Both the position numbers and the translations under genes were made by a program. A stretch of DNA of 64,000 nucleotides from positions 9,615 to 73,614 of the forward strand of contig PBTG01000079.1 of NCBI GenBank assembly GCA_002726535.1, written 5' to 3'. Below the pieces are notes generated by a model that made no database searches, was not told the origin of the DNA, and saw only the letters and a program-made list of their open reading frames with translations. Of the stretch, positions 19,748 through 32,134 are shown piece after piece. Origin of the DNA: Myxococcales bacterium. Its GTDB lineage: Bacteria > Myxococcota_A > UBA9042. Every line of letters starts with the position of its first letter. Position 1 is the first letter of the stretch.

Positions 19748-20296
19748 ATGGCAAAGCTGCCCTTTAAGACTGAGCCCAAGACCGAAACTCGAGAGATTGG
19801 GAATGAGGATATCGGGATTCTCGAGTTCCCTGTCCTCAACGATCTGACGGTACGTGAGCAGGCTTTCATCACCGACAAACTGACGGCTAACTCCACATTT
19901 TTGGAGATTGCGCGAATCGCTAACAAGATTTCCAGGGCCACGAAGATGCAGCCCATTGCTGCTCATGCGTTCGTCACTAGGTGCGTCACCTTCCAGATGC
20001 TCGGCAAGGGGACTTTTGACGAGAGGGACGAGAACATGAGAATTAAATATGCTCGCGAATTGGAAGAGCTGGGCGCATACCTGCTTAAGTCGCAGTGGGA
20101 GCGTCAAGTGGTGACGGCAGCCGCTTTGATTCGATACCGCCTGAAGGGGATGGAGGAGTTCAGCGCTGAGGATGCACGGGACCTGAGCCAGACCTTGCTA
20201 ACTGAGATTTACGCTTTCTCGCTGATAGAGACCGGCCAAGCAAGCGACCCAGAAGAGGAGCTGGAATCAGACGTGGCAACTGCCCTGGGAAAGTAG
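19748..20296 (+). CDS. Hypothetical protein
   Basis: ORF track. Preceded by the CGGAACACT..GCTAACCCATGGCAA element also seen at 30543-30586. Confidence 0.35.
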   Translation: MAKLPFKTEPKTETREIGNEDIGILEFPVLNDLTVREQAFITDKLTANSTFLEIARIANKISRATKMQPIAAHAFVTRCVTFQMLGKGTFDERDENMRIKYARELEELGAYLLKSQWERQVVTAAALIRYRLKGMEEFSAEDARDLSQTLLTEIYAFSLIETGQASDPEEELESDVATALGK

Positions 20297-20466
20297 AAGA
20301 CGGCAGCTATACGGAGCCAGAGCCTCTGAGCTGGGGAGATCTATTCTGGAGGGCAAAGCGCCTCTGGCCAGGCGACCCTCAGTTCTCAACCGAGAATTTT
20401 GGTGAGCTTCCGTCGCAATACGTTCTCCGAGCAATTGAAAAAGGCCAAGAGCTTCGGCGGCGCGAG

Positions 20467-20928
20467 TTGCATGAGGCGGAAATTGGTGTGGCCAACCTCA
20501 CGGCCCTGACTGCCAACCTGAATCGCGACACAAAAAAGAGCAGGACCCCTTACAAGGCGGCTGACTTCTGCTTCTTTGCCAACAGTGCGGAGCGCAATGA
20601 TCCGGATGAGATCAACGCTGCGGCATATTTCGCATTACTTGAAAGCAAGCAGCTTCCGACCTGGGCTCTATTCATTTACTCAGAGATGAAAAAAATAAAT
20701 ACATCCATGGAGCCTCCGGAGCCTTTAGCGGCCATTGGAGATGGATTCCTGCTACTTGCACCTGAGCAGGTTAATGGTGGCATAGAGGGTCTTCTGATTG
20801 CGGAGAAGAGAGTCTCGGGTCAGGTTGTAGAGGTTAAAATAGGCCGCATAAAAGCTAAAATTACATGTCCAGAATTTGAGGAAATGCTGCTAGCTCGCGA
20901 GCACGTTTTTGTCAGTATTGATCGGTAG
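20467..20928 (+). CDS. Hypothetical protein
   Basis: ORF track only. Confidence 0.3.
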   Translation: MHEAEIGVANLTALTANLNRDTKKSRTPYKAADFCFFANSAERNDPDEINAAAYFALLESKQLPTWALFIYSEMKKINTSMEPPEPLAAIGDGFLLLAPEQVNGGIEGLLIAEKRVSGQVVEVKIGRIKAKITCPEFEEMLLAREHVFVSIDR

Positions 20929-21294
20929 CTGGCGTAATACTTGTCCAGTACTTAGCCAATGCCGGATCTCTATTTCGCGCCAATCTGAGTGAAAATCCTG
21001 TTCACGAAACCATGAAATCCAGTCCCGTGATCCCTTGTTAGCGTTGCAATGTCGACAGGCTGGGATGCAATTACTTGTCATGTCCTTGCCGCCGTGGGCC
21101 TTAGGTTTCACATGATCAATAGTGAGCGATTTATCATCGATAGGTGTGGCATTGCAGTAGGCGCAGCGGTCACCCCAAGCGGCTTTGATTGCACGTCGCC
21201 AGAGTCGACGCGCTTCGGCGGATGTCATGGCTTCTAAGTGGTAAAGGTGTTCAGACGGTGACTCCCTAAGCGGGAGATTTTGCTGTGCAATCAC
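20890..21294 (-). CDS. HNH endonuclease
   Basis: CAYCNATPIDDKSLTIDHVKPKAHGGKDMTSNCIPACRHCNANKG gives the full HNH motif (C..C...DH..P...GG....N....C..CN..K). It is the only minus-strand gene in the structural region. Confidence 0.8.
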   Translation of the reverse strand: MIAQQNLPLRESPSEHLYHLEAMTSAEARRLWRRAIKAAWGDRCAYCNATPIDDKSLTIDHVKPKAHGGKDMTSNCIPACRHCNANKGSRDWISWFREQDFHSDWREIEIRHWLSTGQVLRQLPINTDKNVLAS

Positions 21295-21382
21295 TTAGAA
21301 GTTCGAGCCTTAACCGTTGACAGATGCTTGAAAAACATGTGGACCCTCTGGGCTGTCTGCCCAAGGATTCCGGGCGTCATCA

Positions 21383-21856
21383 GTGATACAAAATCATTCA
21401 ATCGGAAGCCTGTTGAGACGTGATAAAAGACCCATGGCATTCGTTGAAATCGATTCCGCGGAAATCATTTATGACGTCCTGGCGTCTGATTCAGCCTTCT
21501 CGGCTTTGATCGGTTCGCTTGAATTCGAAGATGGGAATCAAGACGCTCTCTTAGTCGCTTTGGCCTCAAAACCTCTCGAAGGTATTGACGGCGCGTCTGG
21601 GCTGCTAGTTGTTATCGATAAAGATCCTCAAGTGACATCAAAGCGATTGCTTACTACTCAAGTAGTGATCGATCGAATGTTCACGATCCGTCTGATCCAG
21701 TTCCCGAGCGTCTCCCGCAACCTGCGGGCCGCTACTGAGCGACTCCTCCACATCTTCCCTGGCGCAACAGCGATTCCTCTTGCTGGCCCTGACCTGCTGT
21801 CTGGCGACGGCCAATCAGTCATAAAGCTGCCATCAAATCCTGTTGCACAGACCTAG
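21383..21856 (+). CDS. Hypothetical protein
   Basis: ORF track. Followed by a 20-bp imperfect palindrome at 21857-21876. Confidence 0.35.
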   Translation: MIQNHSIGSLLRRDKRPMAFVEIDSAEIIYDVLASDSAFSALIGSLEFEDGNQDALLVALASKPLEGIDGASGLLVVIDKDPQVTSKRLLTTQVVIDRMFTIRLIQFPSVSRNLRAATERLLHIFPGATAIPLAGPDLLSGDGQSVIKLPSNPVAQT

Positions 21857-21932
21857 TCACGGTTCGAACTGTGACTACTCCGGAACCCTGAAAGGACCGG
21901 GGAATTGATCACCCTTTTACTCACTCATTGCA

Positions 21933-22517
21933 ATGGCAAATTTTTCATCCGCGTTCGGCTTCAAGGTCTACTTAGTCCCTTGCCTGGCCACAGCGGTCAA
22001 CGTAAGCAGCGTGACTGGCGGTGTTGGCGCAACTGGATTCATCGCCCTGGGCGCATCAGAAGCCAACGTTGTGGCAACTGATGCCGTGGTCACCGAGGGC
22101 ACAGTGACCGAAATCAATGTCGGCGGTTCTGACATCGTTGCAGGCGCTGTGACCCCAGTCGAACTGCTCGGATTGACAGACGCTTCTCTGTCTACCGACA
22201 CCTCGTCCGAAGAAGTTGTGACCTACTCCGACGACTCCGGCTACGGCCAGAGCGTTGCGACTTCCAAGAGCTGGTCAATCAGCCTTTCTGGAGTGACCGA
22301 CTTCAATGATGCCGGCTATCAGGTCATGCGTCTCGCAGAGAAGAACAACGTGGCCGGCGGCATTCGCGTCAAGATCGGCCGAACGACTCCTGCAGGCGAG
22401 CAAATTTACGGCTACGCAACTCTTCAGAGCTTCTCCGAAAGTGTCGAGGCTGGCTCGATTGTGACCTACACAATCGAAGCCGCTGGTTACGGCGCACTGG
22501 GTCTCGGCCTTGCTTAG
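21933..22517 (+). CDS. Putative major tail protein
   Basis: 194 aa, Gly/Ala/Thr/Val-rich. KSWSISLSGVTDFNDAGYQVMRLA is reminiscent of siphovirus major tail proteins. It lies two genes upstream of the tape measure gene. Preceded by CCGGAACCCTG at 21872. Confidence 0.45.
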   Translation: MANFSSAFGFKVYLVPCLATAVNVSSVTGGVGATGFIALGASEANVVATDAVVTEGTVTEINVGGSDIVAGAVTPVELLGLTDASLSTDTSSEEVVTYSDDSGYGQSVATSKSWSISLSGVTDFNDAGYQVMRLAEKNNVAGGIRVKIGRTTPAGEQIYGYATLQSFSESVEAGSIVTYTIEAAGYGALGLGLA

Positions 22518-22676
22518 CTGACTGGAGGGGCTGAAGGTGCGCTGAGAACCCTCAACGGTTCAAGCGTCACCACCTCCACCGGTTTCGCCAATCAGGACAC
22601 CAATGGTGTTCTGGTTGACATCACCGGCCCTAACGGGGCTATCGGAACCGCTGACATCGTTACAGGCGGCGACCTC

Positions 22677-23081
22677 ATGACAAACCTTGAGGTCATTCGC
22701 ATCTCTAACGACAAATTCAGAGTTGGTGACACCATCACCTTCACTGAAAACGGCGGAACCGGTGTTGCAACTGCAATCGTCTCCGCTATTCATGAAGGTC
22801 AAAAAATTGGCGTCATCTCTGGCGCCGTGGCCTTCAACACCGACAACCCGTTCACCGCTGCTGACACCTCTGGTGTTGCTGTCACCTTCATTCCTTCGGC
22901 TGGCGTCAGCGGCCAGCTTGGAGCCGGCCTAGCCGGAACAGTTACAACCTCAGGCCCAACGCTGCTCGACAGCGTTCAGCTCACAGATGGCGGCTACGGA
23001 TTCATGATCGACGACATCATCGAGGTCAACGAAGTTGGCGGACAAGGTGAAGGCCACTTCCGCGTTACTTCTCTCGCTTAA
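22677..23081 (+). CDS. Hypothetical protein between major-tail and tape-measure genes (possible tail assembly chaperone or C-terminal extension)
   Basis: Its position matches that of tail chaperone genes. Its frame is also open upstream to the TAG stop of 21933..22517 in the same frame. Confidence 0.3.
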   Translation: MTNLEVIRISNDKFRVGDTITFTENGGTGVATAIVSAIHEGQKIGVISGAVAFNTDNPFTAADTSGVAVTFIPSAGVSGQLGAGLAGTVTTSGPTLLDSVQLTDGGYGFMIDDIIEVNEVGGQGEGHFRVTSLA

Positions 23082-23149
23082 ACTACCTAACCTCAGCCCT
23101 TAGGAAGAACTACGGCATACTCAAGGCTCGCCAATTGGCGGGCCATTTT

Positions 23150-23180
23150 TATTGGAACCCTAGTCGGAATCTAGGGGCCT
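23150..23180 (+). promoter_or_regulatory. GGAACCCTAG motif copy upstream of tape measure gene
   Basis: TTGGAACCCTAGTCGGAATCTAGGGGCC contains GGAACCCTAG plus an inverted CTAG..CTAGG pair. Lies 25 nt before GTG 23185. Confidence 0.3.
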
Positions 23181-23184
23181 ACGA

Positions 23185-27417
<4,233 letters not shown>

Positions 27418-27429
27418 TCGGAATGCTGA

Positions 27430-27449
27430 GGGGTCGAGAGGCCCCTTTT
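27430..27449 (+). terminator. Terminator-like hairpin
   Basis: GGGGTC-GAGA-GGCCCC followed by TTTT, after the tape measure gene. Confidence 0.4.
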
Positions 27450-27451
27450 CA

Positions 27452-27799
27452 ATGTTTGATTTCTCATCCCCTGAGTCCTCGCTGCAAATGCTGCAAGACG
27501 CAAGACGGGCGAGCCCTGGAGGTGGTCCTGGTATTAGCGAACTGCCGCTAGACGAGCAGTCGGAGTATGAGCTGAAGTGTTCGCTCGCCTACGCATATTC
27601 CGTTGCTCGGGTGGCCCTTAACGAATACGGGGAGGATGTGGCGATGTTGGCTAAGGCTGAGTTTGACCGGGTTTGGTTAGCGCTGATTGATGTCGATGAA
27701 GAGTTTAAAAAGAACGTGATATCGGGAACTGCGCGGCCTCCTATTGGAGCGGCCAAGCCTTACCAGGACTTCGCCAAGGGCAAAACTTCGGAACTCTAG
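27452..27799 (+). CDS. Hypothetical tail-module protein
   Basis: ORF track. Follows a terminator-like hairpin at 27430-27449. Confidence 0.35.
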   Translation: MFDFSSPESSLQMLQDARRASPGGGPGISELPLDEQSEYELKCSLAYAYSVARVALNEYGEDVAMLAKAEFDRVWLALIDVDEEFKKNVISGTARPPIGAAKPYQDFAKGKTSEL

Positions 27800-27818
27800 G
27801 GGCAGTAGTCAGCCCCTC

Positions 27819-28220
27819 ATGTCAGCGATCGGCGTAGCTTATGCCTCACAATCAGGCGGCGGGACTTACAACGTCGTCATAGATCTATTTAGCGGCGGAG
27901 AGGTAGCGAGGGCCTATGAATCCACCGCTCAGTTCTCTAGGGGCGTATCTGGGCAGCAAATAATCACAGGCCGCCCAGGTCGCCAAAAATTCATCTGGGC
28001 CATCTCTGGCCTTCTCGCGGAAGCCGACGCCAAAGAGCTCGACGACATGTTTAAGGCGTGGGATACAGACAGAAGCGCAGGCCTTGCGGCAGCCGTAGGC
28101 ATTACGGACGAAACCCTGTTCGACACGTTGACTTCGAGCGCAGTTTTCTCTACGCCTCCCTCGTTCATCAGAACAGGGCCAAACCACCTAACAGCCTCCT
28201 TTGGATTGGCGGAGGTTTGA
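27819..28220 (+). CDS. Hypothetical tail-module protein (internal ATG of ORF 27744..28220)
   Basis: The ATG at 27819 avoids overlap with the upstream gene. Confidence 0.35.
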   Translation: MSAIGVAYASQSGGGTYNVVIDLFSGGEVARAYESTAQFSRGVSGQQIITGRPGRQKFIWAISGLLAEADAKELDDMFKAWDTDRSAGLAAAVGITDETLFDTLTSSAVFSTPPSFIRTGPNHLTASFGLAEV

Positions 28221-28222
28221 CC

Positions 28223-30541
28223 ATGAGTTATTTAATTAATGCAACTCGCCCAGCATCACTAAAGCTAAACGACGCCGAATACATCGACCAGCTTGAATCT
28301 TTTCAAGTGTCTGATACGTCGTCATACAGAAACGGAATTGTGACCACGACAGGGACAATCCTTCTCGGCACCGTCGGAGGCTCAGACCTGCAGGATTATG
28401 AGCGGGATGATTTTCAACGTGGGTCCACTGTTCGATTTGAGGTGACATACCCAAGCGGCAACACTGCACTACATCCAAGGGGCCGGCTAAATGTCATCAG
28501 CTCTGCATACGATCCAGAGCTCGAACGGATCACCCTTGAGGTCGGTTGCGACTTGGTCGTGGCAAAAATGCTTGATAACGACTCTGTAGTGCTTCCATTC
28601 GAAGCGGTCCCCCTAGACGAAACATCGAAAACCTTTGAGGGCATTGCGTCAAGTCTTGCGGCTGTAGGCGGCCTGATATGGCAGGCAAACGATGGCTCTA
28701 TTCAACAGACAACGTTCTTTGACGGCGATTCCTATGGCAATTATCAGCAGGGATCGTTCGTCTCGGTTCGCGGCGTCACAGCTCTGACCGTTCAACCCTT
28801 AGCAGCGACTGAAGCAATACCGGATCAAATCGAGCTGAGCTACCAGTTCCCGACCGACGAAAGGGCAAAGAACAATCAAGGCAAAGTTGACACTGTGACA
28901 ACAGAGTCTGACTACTTCATCAAATATCCGGCCACGGTTTTCGAGCGGATTAAGGGCGCAACTGTAGATATCAAAGTCATCGTGGGAGGCGGGCCGGTCA
29001 CCATTCCTGCGATAACGACTCCGGAAATCCAGACGGGCTGCGGAAACGCTCCCATTCCTCCTCAGTTCAGACCTTCTGAAACGATCAATATTCCCGGCTC
29101 GGAGCAAACAAAACAGATTCCTGCTCCATGCAGCGTTGGCTATGAGACAAAGTCTGTTCCTCAGTACATCCCAGCGAAACGGAAAGAGGTTCGAACGACT
29201 ACCTACGACGGCCCGGCAGCTCAAACGTCGATGACAGAGAGCCAGATTGAAGGCCCTGTGATTGAGCTGAATTCTCAATATTTTGCTGACAAATTCGCTT
29301 ATTGCGGAGCAACTTACGCGAACAGATGTCTGCCATCTCCATGCGCTTTGTTCGGCACCTACACAGTCGTTCTGGGCAAGCAGCAGACCCAATACATCTA
29401 CGGCAAATCAGCAGAGGTAAGAAAGACAATCACCACAACTTGGAGGCCCAAGCTCGCGGCGGCGCAACCTGACGACTGGAGGTCGGGAGTTGTTAGAGGT
29501 GTCGCGCAAGACTTCAATCAAGGCCTGGCAATTACAGCCATCGGCCTTTACAGGCATCAGATCGTCATCAGAGAATTCCGAAAGGAGAAAAACGCCAATA
29601 TCCAGGAGACAACTACGTTTACCTCCGCAGTTTCTCGAGGGGGCGGCATTGGCGCAGCAATCGACGCCAAGAAAGGGATCAAGACATCTGAAATCAGGCG
29701 CTCAGTGACGTCGGTAGCGGCTGAGATTCGCCCTGACTCGCTCAATGCTGCAACCACTTCTGTCACAACAGAAAAGACGACCGTCGAGATGCACGGCCAG
29801 GTTGGCGGCTATGTCAATGGCGCAGGCCCCTACATCCTCAAAGAGGACATCCCCGTTCCTCTGCTTTACAACTCCTCAAATAGCGTTAAACACGCGGCGA
29901 ATTTTTACGGCGATTACTTGGCCAGATTTATTGAGGGTGATGCGCGAGGCCTGTCAATCGGAGAAGCCCTAAGTGAATCCTGGGCTGCGAGCTGGACGCC
30001 AAATATGCCCTTCAGGTATTACGACCCTAAAAGCCAAAAATTAATGGCGCTTAGGGCTGACGCCTGCTCGTGGGGCGCTGATTCAGGTGGTTGTGTGGTT
30101 GTCATGAATGGGATCTGGGTTGCCGACATGTCTGGAACTGTGACCATTCCTTCGAACCTTCGAGGCAACGCCACGCCTGACATGACCGCGGACGATCCGA
30201 TAGCTCCAACACCTCCGCCGGTTGATGAGCCGTCAGTTATCGGCGACGTCGTCATAAACAAGCGGTTCAACTTCCACGTCGACGTCTACATCACGTCAAA
30301 GATGCTTTGCAATCCTTCAGGGAATGATGGCGTCAGGGTCCCAACTCCTGGCCCCCAGAGCGTCACTCTCGGGATGACGTGGGTGGTTTTCTGCAGGGGT
30401 CGCATCGTTCGGCCTGGTGCTCTCATAGCGCTCGAAAACGATGGATCAATTCCGGTGACGCATCACTACAACGTGGTCGTTGATGAAGCGCTTGTCGTTA
30501 TCGATGACGACGTCCTGTTCCCGGACATTGTTCAGCCGTAG
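28223..30541 (+). CDS. Tail tip / distal tail structural protein (772 aa)
   Basis: ATG at 28223 with GGAGG 8 nt upstream. Large protein immediately after the TMP module, which is the position of distal-tail/tip proteins in siphoviruses. Confidence 0.45.
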   Translation: MSYLINATRPASLKLNDAEYIDQLESFQVSDTSSYRNGIVTTTGTILLGTVGGSDLQDYERDDFQRGSTVRFEVTYPSGNTALHPRGRLNVISSAYDPELERITLEVGCDLVVAKMLDNDSVVLPFEAVPLDETSKTFEGIASSLAAVGGLIWQANDGSIQQTTFFDGDSYGNYQQGSFVSVRGVTALTVQPLAATEAIPDQIELSYQFPTDERAKNNQGKVDTVTTESDYFIKYPATVFERIKGATVDIKVIVGGGPVTIPAITTPEIQTGCGNAPIPPQFRPSETINIPGSEQTKQIPAPCSVGYETKSVPQYIPAKRKEVRTTTYDGPAAQTSMTESQIEGPVIELNSQYFADKFAYCGATYANRCLPSPCALFGTYTVVLGKQQTQYIYGKSAEVRKTITTTWRPKLAAAQPDDWRSGVVRGVAQDFNQGLAITAIGLYRHQIVIREFRKEKNANIQETTTFTSAVSRGGGIGAAIDAKKGIKTSEIRRSVTSVAAEIRPDSLNAATTSVTTEKTTVEMHGQVGGYVNGAGPYILKEDIPVPLLYNSSNSVKHAANFYGDYLARFIEGDARGLSIGEALSESWAASWTPNMPFRYYDPKSQKLMALRADACSWGADSGGCVVVMNGIWVADMSGTVTIPSNLRGNATPDMTADDPIAPTPPPVDEPSVIGDVVINKRFNFHVDVYITSKMLCNPSGNDGVRVPTPGPQSVTLGMTWVVFCRGRIVRPGALIALENDGSIPVTHHYNVVVDEALVVIDDDVLFPDIVQP

Positions 30542-30577
30542 GCCGGAACACTACAGCGACAGAAAAGCTGCTAACCC

Positions 30578-31291
30578 ATGGCAATCACTGCAAAAATATC
30601 CGCAGCAGAGATCTCGGCACAAGTTGATCAGCGCTTCGTCAACAAGTACGTCGAGGGGATCCTTATCGACGCGAACGGGGTCACTTACAGCCCTGGGACG
30701 ACTGTCGACTCAACCTTTCTCGGCTTCGAGGTGGCGGAGGCCAACGGCTACGAAAGACAAGTGCTTGTCTTCCAAGGGCAGGATCAGACCGCTTACACAG
30801 ATGACGGCGTCGGCTTAGCCACTAAGGGCACGGTTTTCACTCATGACGGAAGTGCCAACGCAATCACTTTCACTCATGCCGCTCTGGTTTGGGGCACAGG
30901 AAATGTGGCCGCTCTTGACGCTGCTACTACTGACCCTGCTGTCGGAGTCGATGGGGTCTATACCGATCTTCCTACCGTCACGGATGGTTCGGGGACAGGC
31001 CTAACAGTTGACCTCACGGTCGCCAACAACGTGTTTGTTTTCTCGCCGTCCCGTTTTGGCCGGAACTACCAGACAGGCGACTCGGTCACCATTCTCGAAA
31101 CCACGATGGAGCAGGCGGGCGCTGTTGCGGCCGGAGCAGGGCTGGCTCAGATGTTGGTTGGCACTGTGAGCAGCAACACAGAGGCAGGGCAGTTAATCAC
31201 CGTTGCGCCTGTCGACACTCAGGTCACCTTGGACGCCGGCAATGAGGCGGCCTTCTATTGGGACTTCAAGCTTTTTGGATTCGCTGACTAA
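30578..31291 (+). CDS. Hypothetical structural protein
   Basis: ORF track. Start context GCTAACCCATGGCAA is shared with 19748. Confidence 0.4.
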   Translation: MAITAKISAAEISAQVDQRFVNKYVEGILIDANGVTYSPGTTVDSTFLGFEVAEANGYERQVLVFQGQDQTAYTDDGVGLATKGTVFTHDGSANAITFTHAALVWGTGNVAALDAATTDPAVGVDGVYTDLPTVTDGSGTGLTVDLTVANNVFVFSPSRFGRNYQTGDSVTILETTMEQAGAVAAGAGLAQMLVGTVSSNTEAGQLITVAPVDTQVTLDAGNEAAFYWDFKLFGFAD

Positions 31292-31554
31292 TGGATTTAC
31301 TTCAAAAAACAATTAAGACCGCCGAAACCGCTCGACTGATCGAGCTTGAAAGAAGGCTTGAGGGGTCAGCTCCTCGCGGAGACTTTGAAGGCAGCGTGAC
31401 CGGCTACTGGAACAAGCTCGATGATTTAGGGGTGGGGATTGTTGATTACAAGGGCAAGCAGTACAAAACCAGATCCATCGGCTTTATGTCGCTGCCTAAG
31501 GGGACAGAAGTCGAGCTCACTTACGCCCAAGGCGTCTATTACGCAAAGTTCTAG
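31291..31554 (+). CDS. Hypothetical protein
   Basis: ORF track. Coupled (TAATGG). Confidence 0.3.
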   Translation: MDLLQKTIKTAETARLIELERRLEGSAPRGDFEGSVTGYWNKLDDLGVGIVDYKGKQYKTRSIGFMSLPKGTEVELTYAQGVYYAKF

Positions 31555-31556
31555 CC

Positions 31557-31769
31557 ATGCCAATCAATTCAACGTCATTCGGCTCAGTTCCGATCCAGCA
31601 AACTGGCAGAGTTGTCCTGGCGCTGGTTTCTGCGCGGCCAGATCCGACAGAGGCACTTAATCCGCCGAGAACCCCTGGGGAGTTGATTGGTTACTACAAC
31701 CCTGGCACCGACAAAGTAGAGCTCTGGACGGCTTCTGCCGGGGGCACTTTCTGGCGAGAGGTCGGCTGA
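31557..31769 (+). CDS. Hypothetical protein
   Basis: ORF track. Confidence 0.3.
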   Translation: MPINSTSFGSVPIQQTGRVVLALVSARPDPTEALNPPRTPGELIGYYNPGTDKVELWTASAGGTFWREVG

Positions 31770-32095
31770 TGCCAGACCCTCGCGAGACACTCGCTCACGG
31801 CACGTTGACGCACGTCTATACCAAGCCTTTGAGCGAGGTGGTCGGTCTATACCCGCGCTCTACTAAGACCCCTTTAAATGAGAATCGACTGGTGAGAGTT
31901 GAGGGGCTATTTCAGCCGCAGAGCCAGGACCCGATCGCTGAGGGCGAGATGATCGTTTTATTTAGCGAAGAGTTTGGAGTCAAAATTGCTCAGATATTTG
32001 TCGCGGTCGATATCAGCGGGACTCTGGAGTGGAAAACAATTCAGCACAGAACTGGGATCAGCAACTCTCAGACCGGCGGACCCTGGAACCCATAA
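31769..32095 (+). CDS. Hypothetical protein
   Basis: ORF track. ATGA-type overlap. Confidence 0.3.
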   Translation: MPDPRETLAHGTLTHVYTKPLSEVVGLYPRSTKTPLNENRLVRVEGLFQPQSQDPIAEGEMIVLFSEEFGVKIAQIFVAVDISGTLEWKTIQHRTGISNSQTGGPWNP

Positions 32096-32134
32096 CCGTC
32101 GGCACCCTAGGCGGACCTGATCGCGTCTTAGGCA

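Noticed and set aside
19298-20107. 269-aa minus-strand ORF overlapping four plus-strand genes. Similar long antisense ORFs occur at 174..683, 2706..3158, 10468..11252, 23907..24611, 25431..26045, 26391..26909, 32666..33088 and 40602..41096.
   Set aside because: High GC gives long stop-free antisense frames. Their translations are low-complexity (Ser/Arg/Pro-rich) and they lie opposite well-supported genes.
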